DNA of 64,000 nt from the human T2T-CHM13v2.0 reference genome, Homo sapiens. Positions 37,784 to 52,021 of this stretch are shown piece by piece. The stretch's first letter is position 1; every line of letters begins with the position of its first letter. The notes beneath the pieces are model-generated. The model did not search any database. It was not told where the DNA came from and worked only from the letters and a program-made list of their open reading frames with translations. Where the stretch lies: assembly GCF_009914755.1 (NCBI RefSeq), contig NC_060928.1; one strand, 5' to 3'. The translations under genes were made by a program, and so were the position numbers.

Positions 37784-40700
37784 TCTCAGTGGAAGTACCG
37801 ACCCACACGTAGGGGTGCACACACACACGCACACACACAGACACACACATAACTACACCCAGAAGCGCGCACGTAAACACACACACACCCACACAAACAC
37901 GAACACCGTCAATCCTACATAAACTAATGAGGAGCCCAAGTTTCTGTCTCTACAACAGGGACAACTGGATAGTGATGGCTACATCTCAGGATGAGCCCGC
38001 ATATGGGAAACATCAAGTTTTGGGGTCGTGAGTCTTCCGAACCTCTGGAGGGACTGTCTGAGTGTTTGTGTTCATGATAGGCGACATTCAGTGTGTATTT
38101 CTGAATATGACCTACCGACGTGTAGGTTTGCGTGTGAGGTAATTGCAGGGGACTCGGTTTCGTATTTTCTCTTGGGGTGTGTTTCATTCGTCAGTTGTTG
38201 GTCGGCATGAGAAGGTGAAAGGTGGCTCATGTGGGACATCCGTGGATCATTCTCGCCACCTTGAATAGTGGAAGCTGGAATGCATTTGGAAGAGAAGAAC
38301 GGTGCTCTTCTTTCTTCCCCGGGCTCGCCGTTTTTACACTGGTTCCTGAATGGACCTCAGGCGCCCTGGGACTTGTGCTCTTGCTGGAACCCACATAACG
38401 CCGGAAGCGGACAGACCGACTTGCCTGTTTCACGGTGCCCGCTTCCCATGAGTCGAAACGGAAAATTTTCCCACGGGCATGTAAGTCATCTGGAAGTAAG
38501 CTGTATTGATAATAAAGGAAAGCAAACACAGGAGTGTGTGTATTCAACTGAAATAAATTCAGAAAGCCCTGAAATCAATCTCACTGGGTGTGTTTAAAAA
38601 TGGCATTTGGGGAATTTCTGGGTCATTTGTCCAGCTGCGAAAGCTGCATCTCTGAAGCACAGTCCCTGTCCCGCAGTGAGACTTATTTATCCGACGTGGT
38701 GTTTCCGTGGAAATGATTGTGGGAAATGGCCCCTTCCTTTTCTCTATTTGCTGATTAGACTTCATGGTCCCTTTCTCGTCAGGTACAGTGATCAAAGTTG
38801 ACCAACCCCAGAGGAAAGCTGCCCAGGGCACAACTCAGGGCTCCGTAGAACCACAGAATCTTGGGCGCAACCCTGCTCAAGCACCCAAATGTGCATACGA
38901 ACAGGGTCTCCGTGTGACGTGTGTGAAAACTACAGTGTGATGAGCATGACTGGCAGACAGCTTATCGATTGGGCTCCCCTCAAAATCGGTTATGAGCATT
39001 CAAGCACACCGATGCCCAGGTCCCGGCTGCAGGAATAAGACCCTCCAGGGTCTTGTGTGAAGCCTCGGCATCTGCATTGCTCATGCTTCTGGGGATCATT
39101 CTCCTGAAAATGGTGGCTCCTTTCTCCCTGTGGAGCATCTTTCTAAGCAGTGCTCTTTTCTTCCCCCAGGACACTTTACATCCGGCACAGGAAGCCTTCT
39201 GATGGAGCACACCTGGCCCATGAAAAGACAAGGGAAAGAAACGGGGCCAAAGGTCACAGTCCTCTCATCCCATCATCCTCCTTAAAATCATCCTAATTTC
39301 ATGGGCCCTGAAGCCAGGGCTGTTTCTTTACACCTAGAGGCCTTGGCGCCGGGCCTCAATTCCGCCCTGTTCCTTACCGTCTAAGACATGTTGGGAAAAT
39401 CCCTAGAGCCAGGATCTTCATTCCCGCTAAGCCAGACAGCCGGAAGACACACCCAAATTCTGTCCCTCTTACTTCAGGGAACATGTCCACTTTCGGCAGC
39501 ATTACAATTTTGGCACCAAATGTGCTAACTGCAATTCCACCATACAATGCGTAACTGGAAATGGAGGCAACATCTCCGATCCTGAACGATCGATGCGAGA
39601 ATCCAGGATATGCACGGCTTATTTTGGCCTTTTCCCACTGAAACAAGGGCCAGTATTAAAAATGGCACGCTATCCTCTGTTTCACTCCCTGCTTTTAAAC
39701 GTCTCCGATGTTTCTCCCTGAGACAGGGCCTCACTTCCGTCAGCCGGGCTTTTCTACGGTATAATTTTCCTTGTTTGCTTTTGTCCAAATTAGAACTTTT
39801 TATTTCATCTCTAGGAAACGTTGATCCATTATCACATACGTATGGAAATATTATCACACATGCTGTGAGATACGTTGTTTTTATTTTCATCAATTCCTTA
39901 ATAAACAAAAGGTTATAGCTGGGATACCTTCTGAGTTCTCAAGTTTTTTGTTTCGTGTTTTCTTAAACTGCCGTCGCACGTCCGAAACCGCTCACTATGC
40001 AGTGTCATGACCGTCTCTCTTTTCTGGCAAACATAAATTTGGGGATTGTCATCAATTAGTCTCTCGGGGATTGCATGATTTCCCCAAAGGCTTTCACAGT
40101 CTACTTTGTGCACTGAGTATCTCTTCAAACTTCAGTGCATGTTTCTACCATTTCATGCTTTCTTATTTGGCAATCTAGCTTCCACAAGAGCATTTCATGC
40201 AAAGACTTGTCTTGTTCTCCACTGGCAGGTAATTTCACTCGGACAGAGAATCAATAGGCTCAACGTGGAAAGGTTATCGCTGGAAGGTCTGTTTGATTCC
40301 ACGGATCTCTCCTTTCTCACTAGGGAAGAAAATACGCTGTGCTAAATACTATACTTCATTGACTATTCTCAGGTCAGAAAGCGCACTTTCGACTTCTTGT
40401 CCTTCCGTCGCTGAGAGGATGATGGCAGCTGCCAAAAGTACCTACTTGGAGGTTCATCCCAGCACAAACACACACACACACACGCCCCCCCCCACACACA
40501 CACAAACACACTCACACACACACACGCACACGGTTTCCTAGGTAAAGATTTCTTCCCTGCCATTGCTTTACCTAAAATAAGGCAACTGTGAGGCCACTGT
40601 CCCAACCCGGTTACACTCCTATTATATGTGCCTATCATCCTGAGGAGTAATTTGATTCAGGTGTTCTGGAAGTCATGCTGTGGGCTGTGTCTGTTGAATT

Positions 40701-40936
40701 CCCAGCGATGCCAGGGGACACACCCTGTGACTCCTTCCTGAATTGAGTGCTGATATTTGATTGGCTTATCGCGCACCTGATGAGTGGGTGGGGTGTTCGC
40801 GGTTGGTGGGGGTGACTTACAGAAGGGCTGATGCGGCCAGAGAGCTCGTCATTTGAAGACTCTCTCGGAAGGGATAGCGTCTTTCTGCAACCTGCGGTCC
40901 CAGCAGACAAACCTTGTGATCCTCGTTCCAGTCGAC

Positions 40937-42529
40937 ATGGAGGACGACTCACTCTACTTGGGAGGTGAGTGGCAGTTCAACCACTTTTCAAAACTCACAT
41001 CTTCTCGGCCCGATGCAGCTTTTGCTGAAATCCAGCGGACTTCTCTCCCTGAGAAGTCACCACTCTCATGTGAGACCCGTGTCGACCTCTGTGACGATTT
41101 GGCTCCTGTGGCAAGACAGCTTGCTCCCAGGGAGAAGCTTCCTCTGAGTAGCAGGAGACCTGCTGCGGTGGGGGCTGGGCTCCAGAATATGGGAAATACC
41201 TGCTACGTGAACGCTTCCTTGCAGTGCCTGACATACACACCGCCCCTTGCCAACTACATGCTGTCCCGGGAGCACTCTCAAACGTGTCATCGTCACAAGG
41301 GCTGCATGCTCTGTACTATGCAAGCTCACATCACACGGGCCCTCCACAATCCTGGCCACGTCATCCAGCCCTCACAGGCATTGGCTGCTGGCTTCCATAG
41401 AGGCAAGCAGGAAGATGCCCATGAATTTCTCATGTTCACTGTGGATGCCATGAAAAAGGCATGCCTTCCCGGGCACAAGCAGGTAGATCATCACTCTAAG
41501 GACACCACCCTCATCCACCAAATATTTGGAGGCTACTGGAGATCTCAAATCAAGTGTCTCCACTGCCACGGCATTTCAGACACTTTTGACCCTTACCTGG
41601 ACATCGCCCTGGATATCCAGGCAGCTCAGAGTGTCCAGCAAGCTTTGGAACAGTTGGTGAAGCCCGAAGAACTCAATGGAGAGAATGCCTATCATTGTGG
41701 TGTTTGTCTCCAGAGGGCGCCGGCCTCCAAGACGTTAACTTTACACACCTCTGCCAAGGTCCTCATCCTTGTATTGAAGAGATTCTCCGATGTCACAGGC
41801 AACAAGATTGCCAAGAATGTGCAATATCCTGAGTGCCTTGACATGCAGCCATACATGTCTCAGCAGAACACAGGACCTCTCGTCTATGTCCTCTATGCTG
41901 TGCTGGTCCACGCTGGGTGGAGTTGTCACAACGGACATTACTTCTCTTATGTCAAAGCTCAAGAAGGCCAGTGGTATAAAATGGATGATGCCGAGGTCAC
42001 CGCCTCTAGCATCACTTCTGTCCTGAGTCAACAGGCCTACGTCCTCTTTTACATCCAGAAGAGTGAATGGGAAAGACACAGTGAGAGTGTGTCAAGAGGC
42101 AGGGAACCAAGAGCCCTTGGCGCAGAAGACACAGACAGGCGAGCAACGCAAGGAGAGCTCAAGAGAGACCACCCCTGCCTCCAGGCCCCCGAGTTGGACG
42201 AGCACTTGGTGGAAAGAGCCACTCAGGAAAGCACCTTAGACCACTGGAAATTCCTTCAAGAGCAAAACAAAACGAAGCCTGAGTTCAACGTCAGAAAAGT
42301 CGAAGGTACCCTGCCTCCCGACGTACTTGTGATTCATCAATCAAAATACAAGTGTGGGATGAAGAACCATCATCCTGAACAGCAAAGCTCCCTGCTAAAC
42401 CTCTCTTCGACGACCCCGACACATCAGGAGTCCATGAACACTGGCACACTCGCTTCCCTGCGAGGGAGGGCCAGGAGATCCAAAGGGAAGAACAAACACA
42501 GCAAGAGGGCTCTGCTTGTGTGCCAGTGA
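40937..42529 (+). CDS. USP17L: USP17-like copy 9, 530 aa, consensus protein
   Basis: Intact ORF, translation as copy 1. Confidence 0.96.
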   Translation: MEDDSLYLGGEWQFNHFSKLTSSRPDAAFAEIQRTSLPEKSPLSCETRVDLCDDLAPVARQLAPREKLPLSSRRPAAVGAGLQNMGNTCYVNASLQCLTYTPPLANYMLSREHSQTCHRHKGCMLCTMQAHITRALHNPGHVIQPSQALAAGFHRGKQEDAHEFLMFTVDAMKKACLPGHKQVDHHSKDTTLIHQIFGGYWRSQIKCLHCHGISDTFDPYLDIALDIQAAQSVQQALEQLVKPEELNGENAYHCGVCLQRAPASKTLTLHTSAKVLILVLKRFSDVTGNKIAKNVQYPECLDMQPYMSQQNTGPLVYVLYAVLVHAGWSCHNGHYFSYVKAQEGQWYKMDDAEVTASSITSVLSQQAYVLFYIQKSEWERHSESVSRGREPRALGAEDTDRRATQGELKRDHPCLQAPELDEHLVERATQESTLDHWKFLQEQNKTKPEFNVRKVEGTLPPDVLVIHQSKYKCGMKNHHPEQQSSLLNLSSTTPTHQESMNTGTLASLRGRARRSKGKNKHSKRALLVCQ

Positions 42530-45500
42530 TCTCAGTGGAAGTACCGACCCACACGTAGGGGTGCACACACACACGCACACACACAGACACACACATAACT
42601 ACACCCAGAAGCGCGCACGTAAACACACACACACCCACACAAACACGAACACCGTCAATCCTACATAAACTAATGAGGAGCCCAAGTTTCTGTCTCTACA
42701 ACAGGGACAACTGGATAGTGATGGCTACATCTCAGGATGAGCCCGCATATGGGAAACATCAAGTTTTGGGGTCGTGAGTCTTCCGAACCTCTGGAGGGAC
42801 TGTCTGAGTGTTTGTGTTCATGATAGGCGACATTCAGTGTGTATTTCTGAATATGACCTACCGACGTGTAGGTTTGCGTGTGAGGTAATTGCAGGGGACT
42901 CGGTTTCGTATTTTCTCTTGGGGTGTGTTTCATTCGTCAGTTGTTGGTCGGCATGAGAAGGTGAAAGGTGGCTCATGTGGGACATCCGTGGATCATTCTC
43001 GCCACCTTGAATAGTGGAAACTGGAATGCATTTGGAAGAGAAGAACGGTGCTCTTCTTTCTTCCCCGGGCTCGCCGTTTTTACACTGGTTCCTGAATGGA
43101 CCTCAGGCGCCCTGGGACTTGTGCTCTTGCTGGAACCCACATAACGCCGGAAGCGGACAGACCGACTTGCCTGTTTCACGGTGCCCGCTTCCCATGAGTC
43201 GAAACGGAAAATTTTCCCACGGGCATGTAAGTCATCTGGAAGTAAGCTGTATTGATAATAAAGGAAAGCAAACACAGGAGTGTGTGTATTCAACTGAAAT
43301 AAATTCAGAAAGCCCTGAAATCAATCTCACTGGGTGTGTTTAAAAATGGCATTTGGGGAATTTCTGGGTCATTTGTCCAGCTGCGAAAGCTGCATCTCTG
43401 AAGCACAGTCCCTGTCCCGCAGTGAGACTTATTTATCCGACGTGGTGTTTCCGTGGAAATGATTGTGGGAAATGGCCCCTTCCTTTGCTCTATTTGCTGA
43501 TTAGACTTCATGGTCCCTTTCTCGTCAGGTACAGTGATCAAAGTTGACCAACCCCAGAGGAAAGCTGCCCAGGGCACAACTCAGGGCTCCGTAGAACCAC
43601 AGAATCTTGGGCGCAACCCTGCTCAAGCACCCAAATGTGCATACGAACAGGGTCTCCGTGTGACGTGTGTGAAAACTACAGTGTGATGAGCATGACTGGC
43701 AGACAGCTTATCGATTGGGCTCCCCTCAAAATCGGTTATGAGCATTCAAGCACACCGATGCCCAGGTCCCGGCTGCAGGAATAAGACCCTCCAGGGTCTT
43801 GTGTGAAGCCTCGGCATCTGCATTGCTCATGCTTCTGGGGATCATTCTCCTGAAAATGGTGGCTCCTTTCTCCCTGTGGAGCATCTTTCTAAGCAGTGCT
43901 CTTTTCTTCCCCCAGGACACTTTACATCCGGCACAGGAAGCCTTCTGATGGAGCACACCTGGCCCATGAAAAGACAAGGGAAAGAAACGGGGCCAAAGGT
44001 CACAGTCCTCTCATCCCATCATCCTCCTTAAAATCATCCTAATTTCATGGGCCCTGAAGCCAGGGCTGTTTCTTTACACCTAGAGGCCTTGGCGCCGGGC
44101 CTCAATTCCGCCCTGTTCCTTACCGTCTAAGACATGTTGGGAAAATCCCTAGAGCCAGGATCTTCATTCCCGCTAAGCCAGACAGCCGGAAGACACACCC
44201 AAATTCTGTCCCTCTTACTTCAGGGAACATGTCCACTTTCGGCAGCATTACAATTTTGGCACCAAATGTGCTAACTGCAATTCCACCATACAATGCGTAA
44301 CTGGAAATGGAGGCAACATCTCCGATCCTGAACGATCGATGCGAGAATCCAGGATATGCACGGCTTATTTTGGCCTTTTCCCACTGAAACAAGGGCCAGT
44401 ATTAAAAATGGCACGCTATCCTCTGTTTCACTCCCTGCTTTTAAACGTCTCCGATGTTTCTCCCTGAGACAGGGCCTCACTTCCGTCAGCCGGGCTTTTC
44501 TACGGTATAATTTTCCTTGTTTGCTTTTGTCCAAATTAGAACTTTTTATTTCATCTCTAGGAAACGTTGATCCATTATCACATACGTATGGAAATATTAT
44601 CACACATGCTGTGAGATACGTTGTTTTTATTTTCATCAATTCCTTAATAAACAAAAGGTTATAGCTGGGATACCTTCTGAGTTCTCAAGTTTTTTGTTTC
44701 GTGTTTTCTTAAACTGCCGTCGCACGTCCGAAACCGCTCACTATGCAGTGTCATGACCGTCTCTCTTTTCTGGCAAACATAAATTTGGGGATTGTCATCA
44801 ATTAGTCTCTCGGGGATTGCATGATTTCCCCAAAGGCTTTCACAGTCTACTTTGTGCACTGAGTATCTCTTCAAACTTCAGTGCATGTTTCTACCATTTG
44901 ATGCTTTATTATTTGGCAATCTAGCTTCCACAAGAGCATTTCATGCAAAGACTTGTCTTGTTCTCCACTGGCAGGTAATTTCACTCGGACAGAGAATCAA
45001 TAGGCTCAACGTGGAAAGGTTATCGCTGGAAGGTCTGTTTGATTCCACGGATCTCTCCTTTCTCACTAGGGAAGAAAATACGCTGTGCTAAATACTATAC
45101 TTCATTGACTATTCTCAGGTCAGAAAGCGCACTTTCGACTTCTTGTCCTTCCGTCGCTGAGAGGATGATGGCAGCTGCCAAAAGTACCTACTTGGAGGTT
45201 CATCCCAGCACAAACACACACACACACACGCCCCCCCACACACACACACAAACACACTCACACACACACACGCACACGGTTTCCTAGGTAAAGATTTCTT
45301 CCCTGCCATTGCTTTACCTAAAATAAGGCAACTGTGAGGCCACTGTCCCAACCCGGTTACACTCCTATTATATGTGCCTATCATCCTGAGGAGTAATTTG
45401 ATTCAGGTGTTCTGGAAGTCATGCTGTGGGCTGTGTCTGTTGAATTCCCAGCGATGCCAGGGGACACACCCTGTGACTCCTTCCTGAATTGAGTGCTGAT

Positions 45501-45682
45501 ATTTGATTGGCTTATCGCGCACCTGATGAGTGGGTGGGGTGTTCGCGGTTGGTGGGGGTGACTTACAGAAGGGCTGATGCGGCCAGAGAGCTCGTCATTT
45601 GAAGACTCTCTCGGAAGGGATAGCGTCTTTCTGCAACCTGCGGTCCCAGCAGACAAACCTTGTGATCCTCGTTCCAGTCGAC

Positions 45683-47275
45683 ATGGAGGACGACTCACTC
45701 TACTTGGGAGGTGAGTGGCAGTTCAACCACTTTTCAAAACTCACATCTTCTCGGCCCGATGCAGCTTTTGCTGAAATCCAGCGGACTTCTCTCCCTGAGA
45801 AGTCACCACTCTCATGTGAGACCCGTGTCGACCTCTGTGACGATTTGGCTCCTGTGGCAAGACAGCTTGCTCCCAGGGAGAAGCTTCCTCTGAGTAGCAG
45901 GAGACCTGCTGCGGTGGGGGCTGGGCTCCAGAATATGGGAAATACCTGCTACGTGAACGCTTCCTTGCAGTGCCTGACATACACACCGCCCCTTGCCAAC
46001 TACATGCTGTCCCGGGAGCACTCTCAAACGTGTCATCGTCACAAGGGCTGCATGCTCTGTACTATGCAAGCTCACATCACACGGGCCCTCCACAATCCTG
46101 GCCACGTCATCCAGCCCTCACAGGCATTGGCTGCTGGCTTCCATAGAGGCAAGCAGGAAGATGCCCATGAATTTCTCATGTTCACTGTGGATGCCATGAA
46201 AAAGGCATGCCTTCCCGGGCACAAGCAGGTAGATCATCACTCTAAGGACACCACCCTCATCCACCAAATATTTGGAGGCTACTGGAGATCTCAAATCAAG
46301 TGTCTCCACTGCCACGGCATTTCAGACACTTTTGACCCTTACCTGGACATCGCCCTGGATATCCAGGCAGCTCAGAGTGTCCAGCAAGCTTTGGAACAGT
46401 TGGTGAAGCCCGAAGAACTCAATGGAGAGAATGCCTATCATTGTGGTGTTTGTCTCCAGAGGGCGCCGGCCTCCAAGACGTTAACTTTACACACCTCTGC
46501 CAAGGTCCTCATCCTTGTATTGAAGAGATTCTCCGATGTCACAGGCAACAAGATTGCCAAGAATGTGCAATATCCTGAGTGCCTTGACATGCAGCCATAC
46601 ATGTCTCAGCAGAACACAGGACCTCTTGTCTATGTCCTCTATGCTGTGCTGGTCCACGCTGGGTGGAGTTGTCACAACGGACATTACTTCTCTTATGTCA
46701 AAGCTCAAGAAGGCCAGTGGTATAAAATGGATGATGCCGAGGTCACCGCCTCTAGCATCACTTCTGTCCTGAGTCAACAGGCCTACGTCCTCTTTTACAT
46801 CCAGAAGAGTGAATGGGAAAGACACAGTGAGAGTGTGTCAAGAGGCAGGGAACCAAGAGCCCTTGGCGCAGAAGACACAGACAGGCGAGCAACGCAAGGA
46901 GAGCTCAAGAGAGACCACCCCTGCCTCCAGGCCCCCGAGTTGGACGAGCACTTGGTGGAAAGAGCCACTCAGGAAAGCACCTTAGACCACTGGAAATTCC
47001 TTCAAGAGCAAAACAAAACGAAGCCTGAGTTCAACGTCAGAAAAGTCGAAGGTACCCTGCCTCCCGACGTACTTGTGATTCATCAATCAAAATACAAGTG
47101 TGGGATGAAGAACCATCATCCTGAACAGCAAAGCTCCCTGCTAAACCTCTCTTCGACGACCCCGACACATCAGGAGTCCATGAACACTGGCACACTCGCT
47201 TCCCTGCGAGGGAGGGCCAGGAGATCCAAAGGGAAGAACAAACACAGCAAGAGGGCTCTGCTTGTGTGCCAGTGA
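45683..47275 (+). CDS. USP17L: USP17-like copy 10, 530 aa, consensus protein
   Basis: Intact ORF; synonymous CTC>CTT. Confidence 0.96.
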   Translation: MEDDSLYLGGEWQFNHFSKLTSSRPDAAFAEIQRTSLPEKSPLSCETRVDLCDDLAPVARQLAPREKLPLSSRRPAAVGAGLQNMGNTCYVNASLQCLTYTPPLANYMLSREHSQTCHRHKGCMLCTMQAHITRALHNPGHVIQPSQALAAGFHRGKQEDAHEFLMFTVDAMKKACLPGHKQVDHHSKDTTLIHQIFGGYWRSQIKCLHCHGISDTFDPYLDIALDIQAAQSVQQALEQLVKPEELNGENAYHCGVCLQRAPASKTLTLHTSAKVLILVLKRFSDVTGNKIAKNVQYPECLDMQPYMSQQNTGPLVYVLYAVLVHAGWSCHNGHYFSYVKAQEGQWYKMDDAEVTASSITSVLSQQAYVLFYIQKSEWERHSESVSRGREPRALGAEDTDRRATQGELKRDHPCLQAPELDEHLVERATQESTLDHWKFLQEQNKTKPEFNVRKVEGTLPPDVLVIHQSKYKCGMKNHHPEQQSSLLNLSSTTPTHQESMNTGTLASLRGRARRSKGKNKHSKRALLVCQ

Positions 47276-50200
47276 TCTCAGTGGAAGTACCGACCCACAC
47301 GTAGGGGTGCACACACACACGCACACACACAGACACACACATAACTACACCCAGAAGCGCGCACGTAAACACACACACACCCACACAAACACGAACACCG
47401 TCAATCCTACATAAACTAATGAGGAGCCCAAGTTTCTGTCTCTACAACAGGGACAACTGGATAGTGATGGCTACATCTCAGGATGAGCCCGCATATGGGA
47501 AACATCAAGTTTTGGGGTCGTGAGTCTTCCGAACCTCTGGAGGGACTGTCTGAGTGTTTGTGTTCATGATAGGCGACATTCAGTGTGTATTTCTGAATAT
47601 GACCTACCGACGTGTAGGTTTGCGTGTGAGGTAATTGCAGGGGACTCGGTTTCGTATTTTCTCTTGGGGTGTGTTTCATTCGTCAGTTGTTGGTCGGCAT
47701 GAGAAGGTGAAAGGTGGCTCATGTGGGACATCCGTGGATCATTCTCGCCACCTTGAATAGTGGAAACTGGAATGCATTTGGAAGAGAAGAACGGTGCTCT
47801 TCTTTCTTCCCCGGGCTCGCCGTTTTTACACTGGTTCCTGAATGGACCTCAGGCGCCCTGGGACTTGTGCTCTTGCTGGAACCCACATAACGCCGGAAGC
47901 GGACAGACCGACTTGCCTGTTTCACGGTGCCCGCTTCCCATGAGTCGAAACGGAAAATTTTCCCACGGGCATGTAAGTCATCTGGAAGTAAGCTGTATTG
48001 ATAATAAAGGAAAGCAAACACAGGAGTGTGTGTATTCAACTGAAATAAATTCAGAAAGCCCTGAAATCAATCTCACTGGGTGTGTTTAAAAATGGCATTT
48101 GGGGAATTTCTGGGTCATTTGTCCAGCTGCGAAAGCTGCATCTCTGAAGCACAGTCCCTGTCCCGCAGTGAGACTTATTTATCCGACGTGGTGTTTCCGT
48201 GGAAATGATTGTGGGAAATGGCCCCTTCCTTTTCTCTATTTGCTGATTAGACTTCATGGTCCCTTTCTCGTCAGGTACAGTGATCAAAGTTGACCAACCC
48301 CAGAGGAAAGCTGCCCAGGGCACAACTCAGGGCTCCGTAGAACCACAGAATCTTGGGCGCAACCCTGCTCAAGCACCCAAATGTGCATACGAACAGGGTC
48401 TCCGTGTGACGTGTGTGAAAACTACAGTGTGATGAGCATGACTGGCAGACAGCTTATCGATTGGGCTCCCCTCAAAATCGGTTATGAGCATTCAAGCACA
48501 CCGATGCCCAGGTCCCGGCTGCAGGAATAAGACCCTCCAGGGTCTTGTGTGAAGCCTCGGCATCTGCATTGCTCATGCTTCTGGGGATCATTCTCCTGAA
48601 AATGGTGGCTCCTTTCTCCCTGTGGAGCATCTTTCTAAGCAGCGCTCTTTTCTTCCCCCAGGACACTTTACATCCGGCACAGGAAGCCTTCTGATGGAGC
48701 ACACCTGGCCCATGAAAAGACAAGGGAAAGAAACGGGGCCAAAGGTCACAGTCCTCTCATCCCATCATCCTCCTTAAAATCATCCTAATTTCATGGGCCC
48801 TGAAGCCAGGGCTGTTTCTTTACACCTAGAGGCCTTGGCGCCGGGCCTCAATTCCGCCCTGTTCCTTACCGTCTAAGACATGTTGGGAAAATCCCTAGAG
48901 CCAGGATCTTCATTCCCGCTAAGCCAGACAGCCGGAAGACACACCCAAATTCTGTCCCTCTTACTTCAGGGAACATGTCCACTTTCGGCAGCATTACAAT
49001 TTTGGCACCAAATGTGCTAACTGCAATTCCACCATACAATGCGTAACTGGAAATGGAGGCAACATCTCCGATCCTGAACGATCGATGCGAGAATCCAGGA
49101 TATGCACGGCTTATTTTGGCCTTTTCCCACTGAAACAAGGGCCAGTATTAAAAATGGCACGCTATCCTCTGTTTCACTCCCTGCTTTTAAACGTCTCCGA
49201 TGTTTCTCCCTGAGACAGGGCCTCACTTCCGTCAGCCGGGCTTTTCTACGGTATAATTTTCCTTGTTTGCTTTTGTCCAAATTAGAACTTTTTATTTCAT
49301 CTCTAGGAAACGTTGATCCATTATCACATACGTATGGAAATATTATCACACATGCTGTGAGATACGTTGTTTTTATTTTCATCAATTCCTTAATAAACAA
49401 AAGGTTATAGCTGGGATACCTTCTGAGTTCTCAAGTTTTTTGTTTCGTGTTTTCTTAAACTGCCGTCGCACGTCCGAAACCGCTCACTATGCAGTGTCAT
49501 GACCGTCTCTCTTTTCTGGCAAACATAAATTTGGGGATTGTCATCAATTAGTCTCTCGGGGATTGCATGATTTCCCCAAAGGCTTTCACAGTCTACTTTG
49601 TGCACTGAGTATCTCTTCAAACTTCAGTGCATGTTTCTACCATTTCATGCTTTCTTATTTGGCAATCTAGCTTCCACAAGAGCATTTCATGCAAAGACTT
49701 GTCTTGTTCTCCACTGGCAGGTAATTTCACTCGGACAGAGAATCAATAGGCTCAACGTGGAAAGGTTATCGCTGGAAGGTCTGTTTGATTCCACGGATCT
49801 CTCCTTTCTCACTAGGGAAGAAAATACGCTGTGCTAAATACTATACTTCATTGACTATTCTCAGGTCAGAAAGCGCACTTTCGACTTCTTGTCCTTCCGT
49901 CGCTGAGAGGATGATGGTAGCTGCCAAAAGTACCTACTTGGAGGTTCATCCCAGCACAAACACACACACACACACGCCCCCCCACACACACACACAAACA
50001 CACTCACACACACACACGCACACGGTTTCCTAGGTAAAGATTTCTTCCCTGCCATTGCTTTACCTAAAATAAGGCAACTGTGAGGCCGCTGTCCCAACCC
50101 GGTTACACTCCTATTATATGTGCCTATCATCCTGAGGAGTAATTTGATTCAGGTGTTCTGGAAGTCATGCTGTGGGCTGTGTCTGTTGAATTCCCAGCGA

Positions 50201-50428
50201 TGCCAGGGGACACACCCTGTGACTCCTTCCTGAATTGAGTGCTGATATTTGATTGGCTTATCGCGCACCTGATGAGTGGGTGGGGTGTTCGCGGTTGGTG
50301 GGGGTGACTTACAGAAGGGCTGATGCGGCCAGAGAGCTCGTCATTTGAAGACTCTCTCGGAAGGGATAGCGTCTTTCTGCAACCTGCGGTCCCAGCAGAC
50401 AAACCTTGTGATCCTCGTTCCAGTCGAC

Positions 50429-52021
50429 ATGGAGGACGACTCACTCTACTTGGGAGGTGAGTGGCAGTTCAACCACTTTTCAAAACTCACATCTTCTCGG
50501 CCCGATGCAGCTTTTGCTGAAATCCAGCGGACTTCTCTCCCTGAGAAGTCACCACTCTCATGTGAGACCCGTGTCGACCTCTGTGACGATTTGGCTCCTG
50601 TGGCAAGACAGCTTGCTCCCAGGGAGAAGCTTCCTCTGAGTAGCAGGAGACCTGCTGCGGTGGGGGCTGGGCTCCAGAATATGGGAAATACCTGCTACGT
50701 GAACGCTTCCTTGCAGTGCCTGACATACACACCGCCCCTTGCCAACTACATGCTGTCCCGGGAGCACTCTCAAACGTGTCATCGTCACAAGGGCTGCATG
50801 CTCTGTACTATGCAAGCTCACATCACACGGGCCCTCCACAATCCTGGCCACGTCATCCAGCCCTCACAGGCATTGGCTGCTGGCTTCCATAGAGGCAAGC
50901 AGGAAGATGCCCATGAATTTCTCATGTTCACTGTGGATGCCATGAAAAAGGCATGCCTTCCCGGGCACAAGCAGGTAGATCATCACTCTAAGGACACCAC
51001 CCTCATCCACCAAATATTTGGAGGCTACTGGAGATCTCAAATCAAGTGTCTCCACTGCCACGGCATTTCAGACACTTTTGACCCTTACCTGGACATCGCC
51101 CTGGATATCCAGGCAGCTCAGAGTGTCCAGCAAGCTTTGGAACAGTTGGTGAAGCCCGAAGAACTCAATGGAGAGAATGCCTATCATTGTGGTGTTTGTC
51201 TCCAGAGGGCGCCGGCCTCCAAGACGTTAACTTTACACACCTCTGCCAAGGTCCTCATCCTTGTATTGAAGAGATTCTCCGATGTCACAGGCAACAAGAT
51301 TGCCAAGAATGTGCAATATCCTGAGTGCCTTGACATGCAGCCATACATGTCTCAGCAGAACACAGGACCTCTTGTCTATGTCCTCTATGCTGTGCTGGTC
51401 CACGCTGGGTGGAGTTGTCACAACGGACATTACTTCTCTTATGTCAAAGCTCAAGAAGGCCAGTGGTATAAAATGGATGATGCCGAGGTCACCGCCTCTA
51501 GCATCACTTCTGTCCTGAGTCAACAGGCCTACGTCCTCTTTTACATCCAGAAGAGTGAATGGGAAAGACACAGTGAGAGTGTGTCAAGAGGCAGGGAACC
51601 AAGAGCCCTTGGCGCAGAAGACACAGACAGGCGAGCAACGCAAGGAGAGCTCAAGAGAGACCACCCCTGCCTCCAGGCCCCCGAGTTGGACGAGCACTTG
51701 GTGGAAAGAGCCACTCAGGAAAGCACCTTAGACCACTGGAAATTCCTTCAAGAGCAAAACAAAACGAAGCCTGAGTTCAACGTCAGAAAAGTCGAAGGTA
51801 CCCTGCCTCCCGACGTACTTGTGATTCATCAATCAAAATACAAGTGTGGGATGAAGAACCATCATCCTGAACAGCAAAGCTCCCTGCTAAACCTCTCTTC
51901 GACGACCCCGACACATCAGGAGTCCATGAACACTGGCACACTCGCTTCCCTGCGAGGGAGGGCCAGGAGATCCAAAGGGAAGAACAAACACAGCAAGAGG
52001 GCTCTGCTTGTGTGCCAGTGA
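50429..52021 (+). CDS. USP17L: USP17-like copy 11, 530 aa, consensus protein
   Basis: Intact ORF; synonymous CTC>CTT. Confidence 0.96.
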   Translation: MEDDSLYLGGEWQFNHFSKLTSSRPDAAFAEIQRTSLPEKSPLSCETRVDLCDDLAPVARQLAPREKLPLSSRRPAAVGAGLQNMGNTCYVNASLQCLTYTPPLANYMLSREHSQTCHRHKGCMLCTMQAHITRALHNPGHVIQPSQALAAGFHRGKQEDAHEFLMFTVDAMKKACLPGHKQVDHHSKDTTLIHQIFGGYWRSQIKCLHCHGISDTFDPYLDIALDIQAAQSVQQALEQLVKPEELNGENAYHCGVCLQRAPASKTLTLHTSAKVLILVLKRFSDVTGNKIAKNVQYPECLDMQPYMSQQNTGPLVYVLYAVLVHAGWSCHNGHYFSYVKAQEGQWYKMDDAEVTASSITSVLSQQAYVLFYIQKSEWERHSESVSRGREPRALGAEDTDRRATQGELKRDHPCLQAPELDEHLVERATQESTLDHWKFLQEQNKTKPEFNVRKVEGTLPPDVLVIHQSKYKCGMKNHHPEQQSSLLNLSSTTPTHQESMNTGTLASLRGRARRSKGKNKHSKRALLVCQ

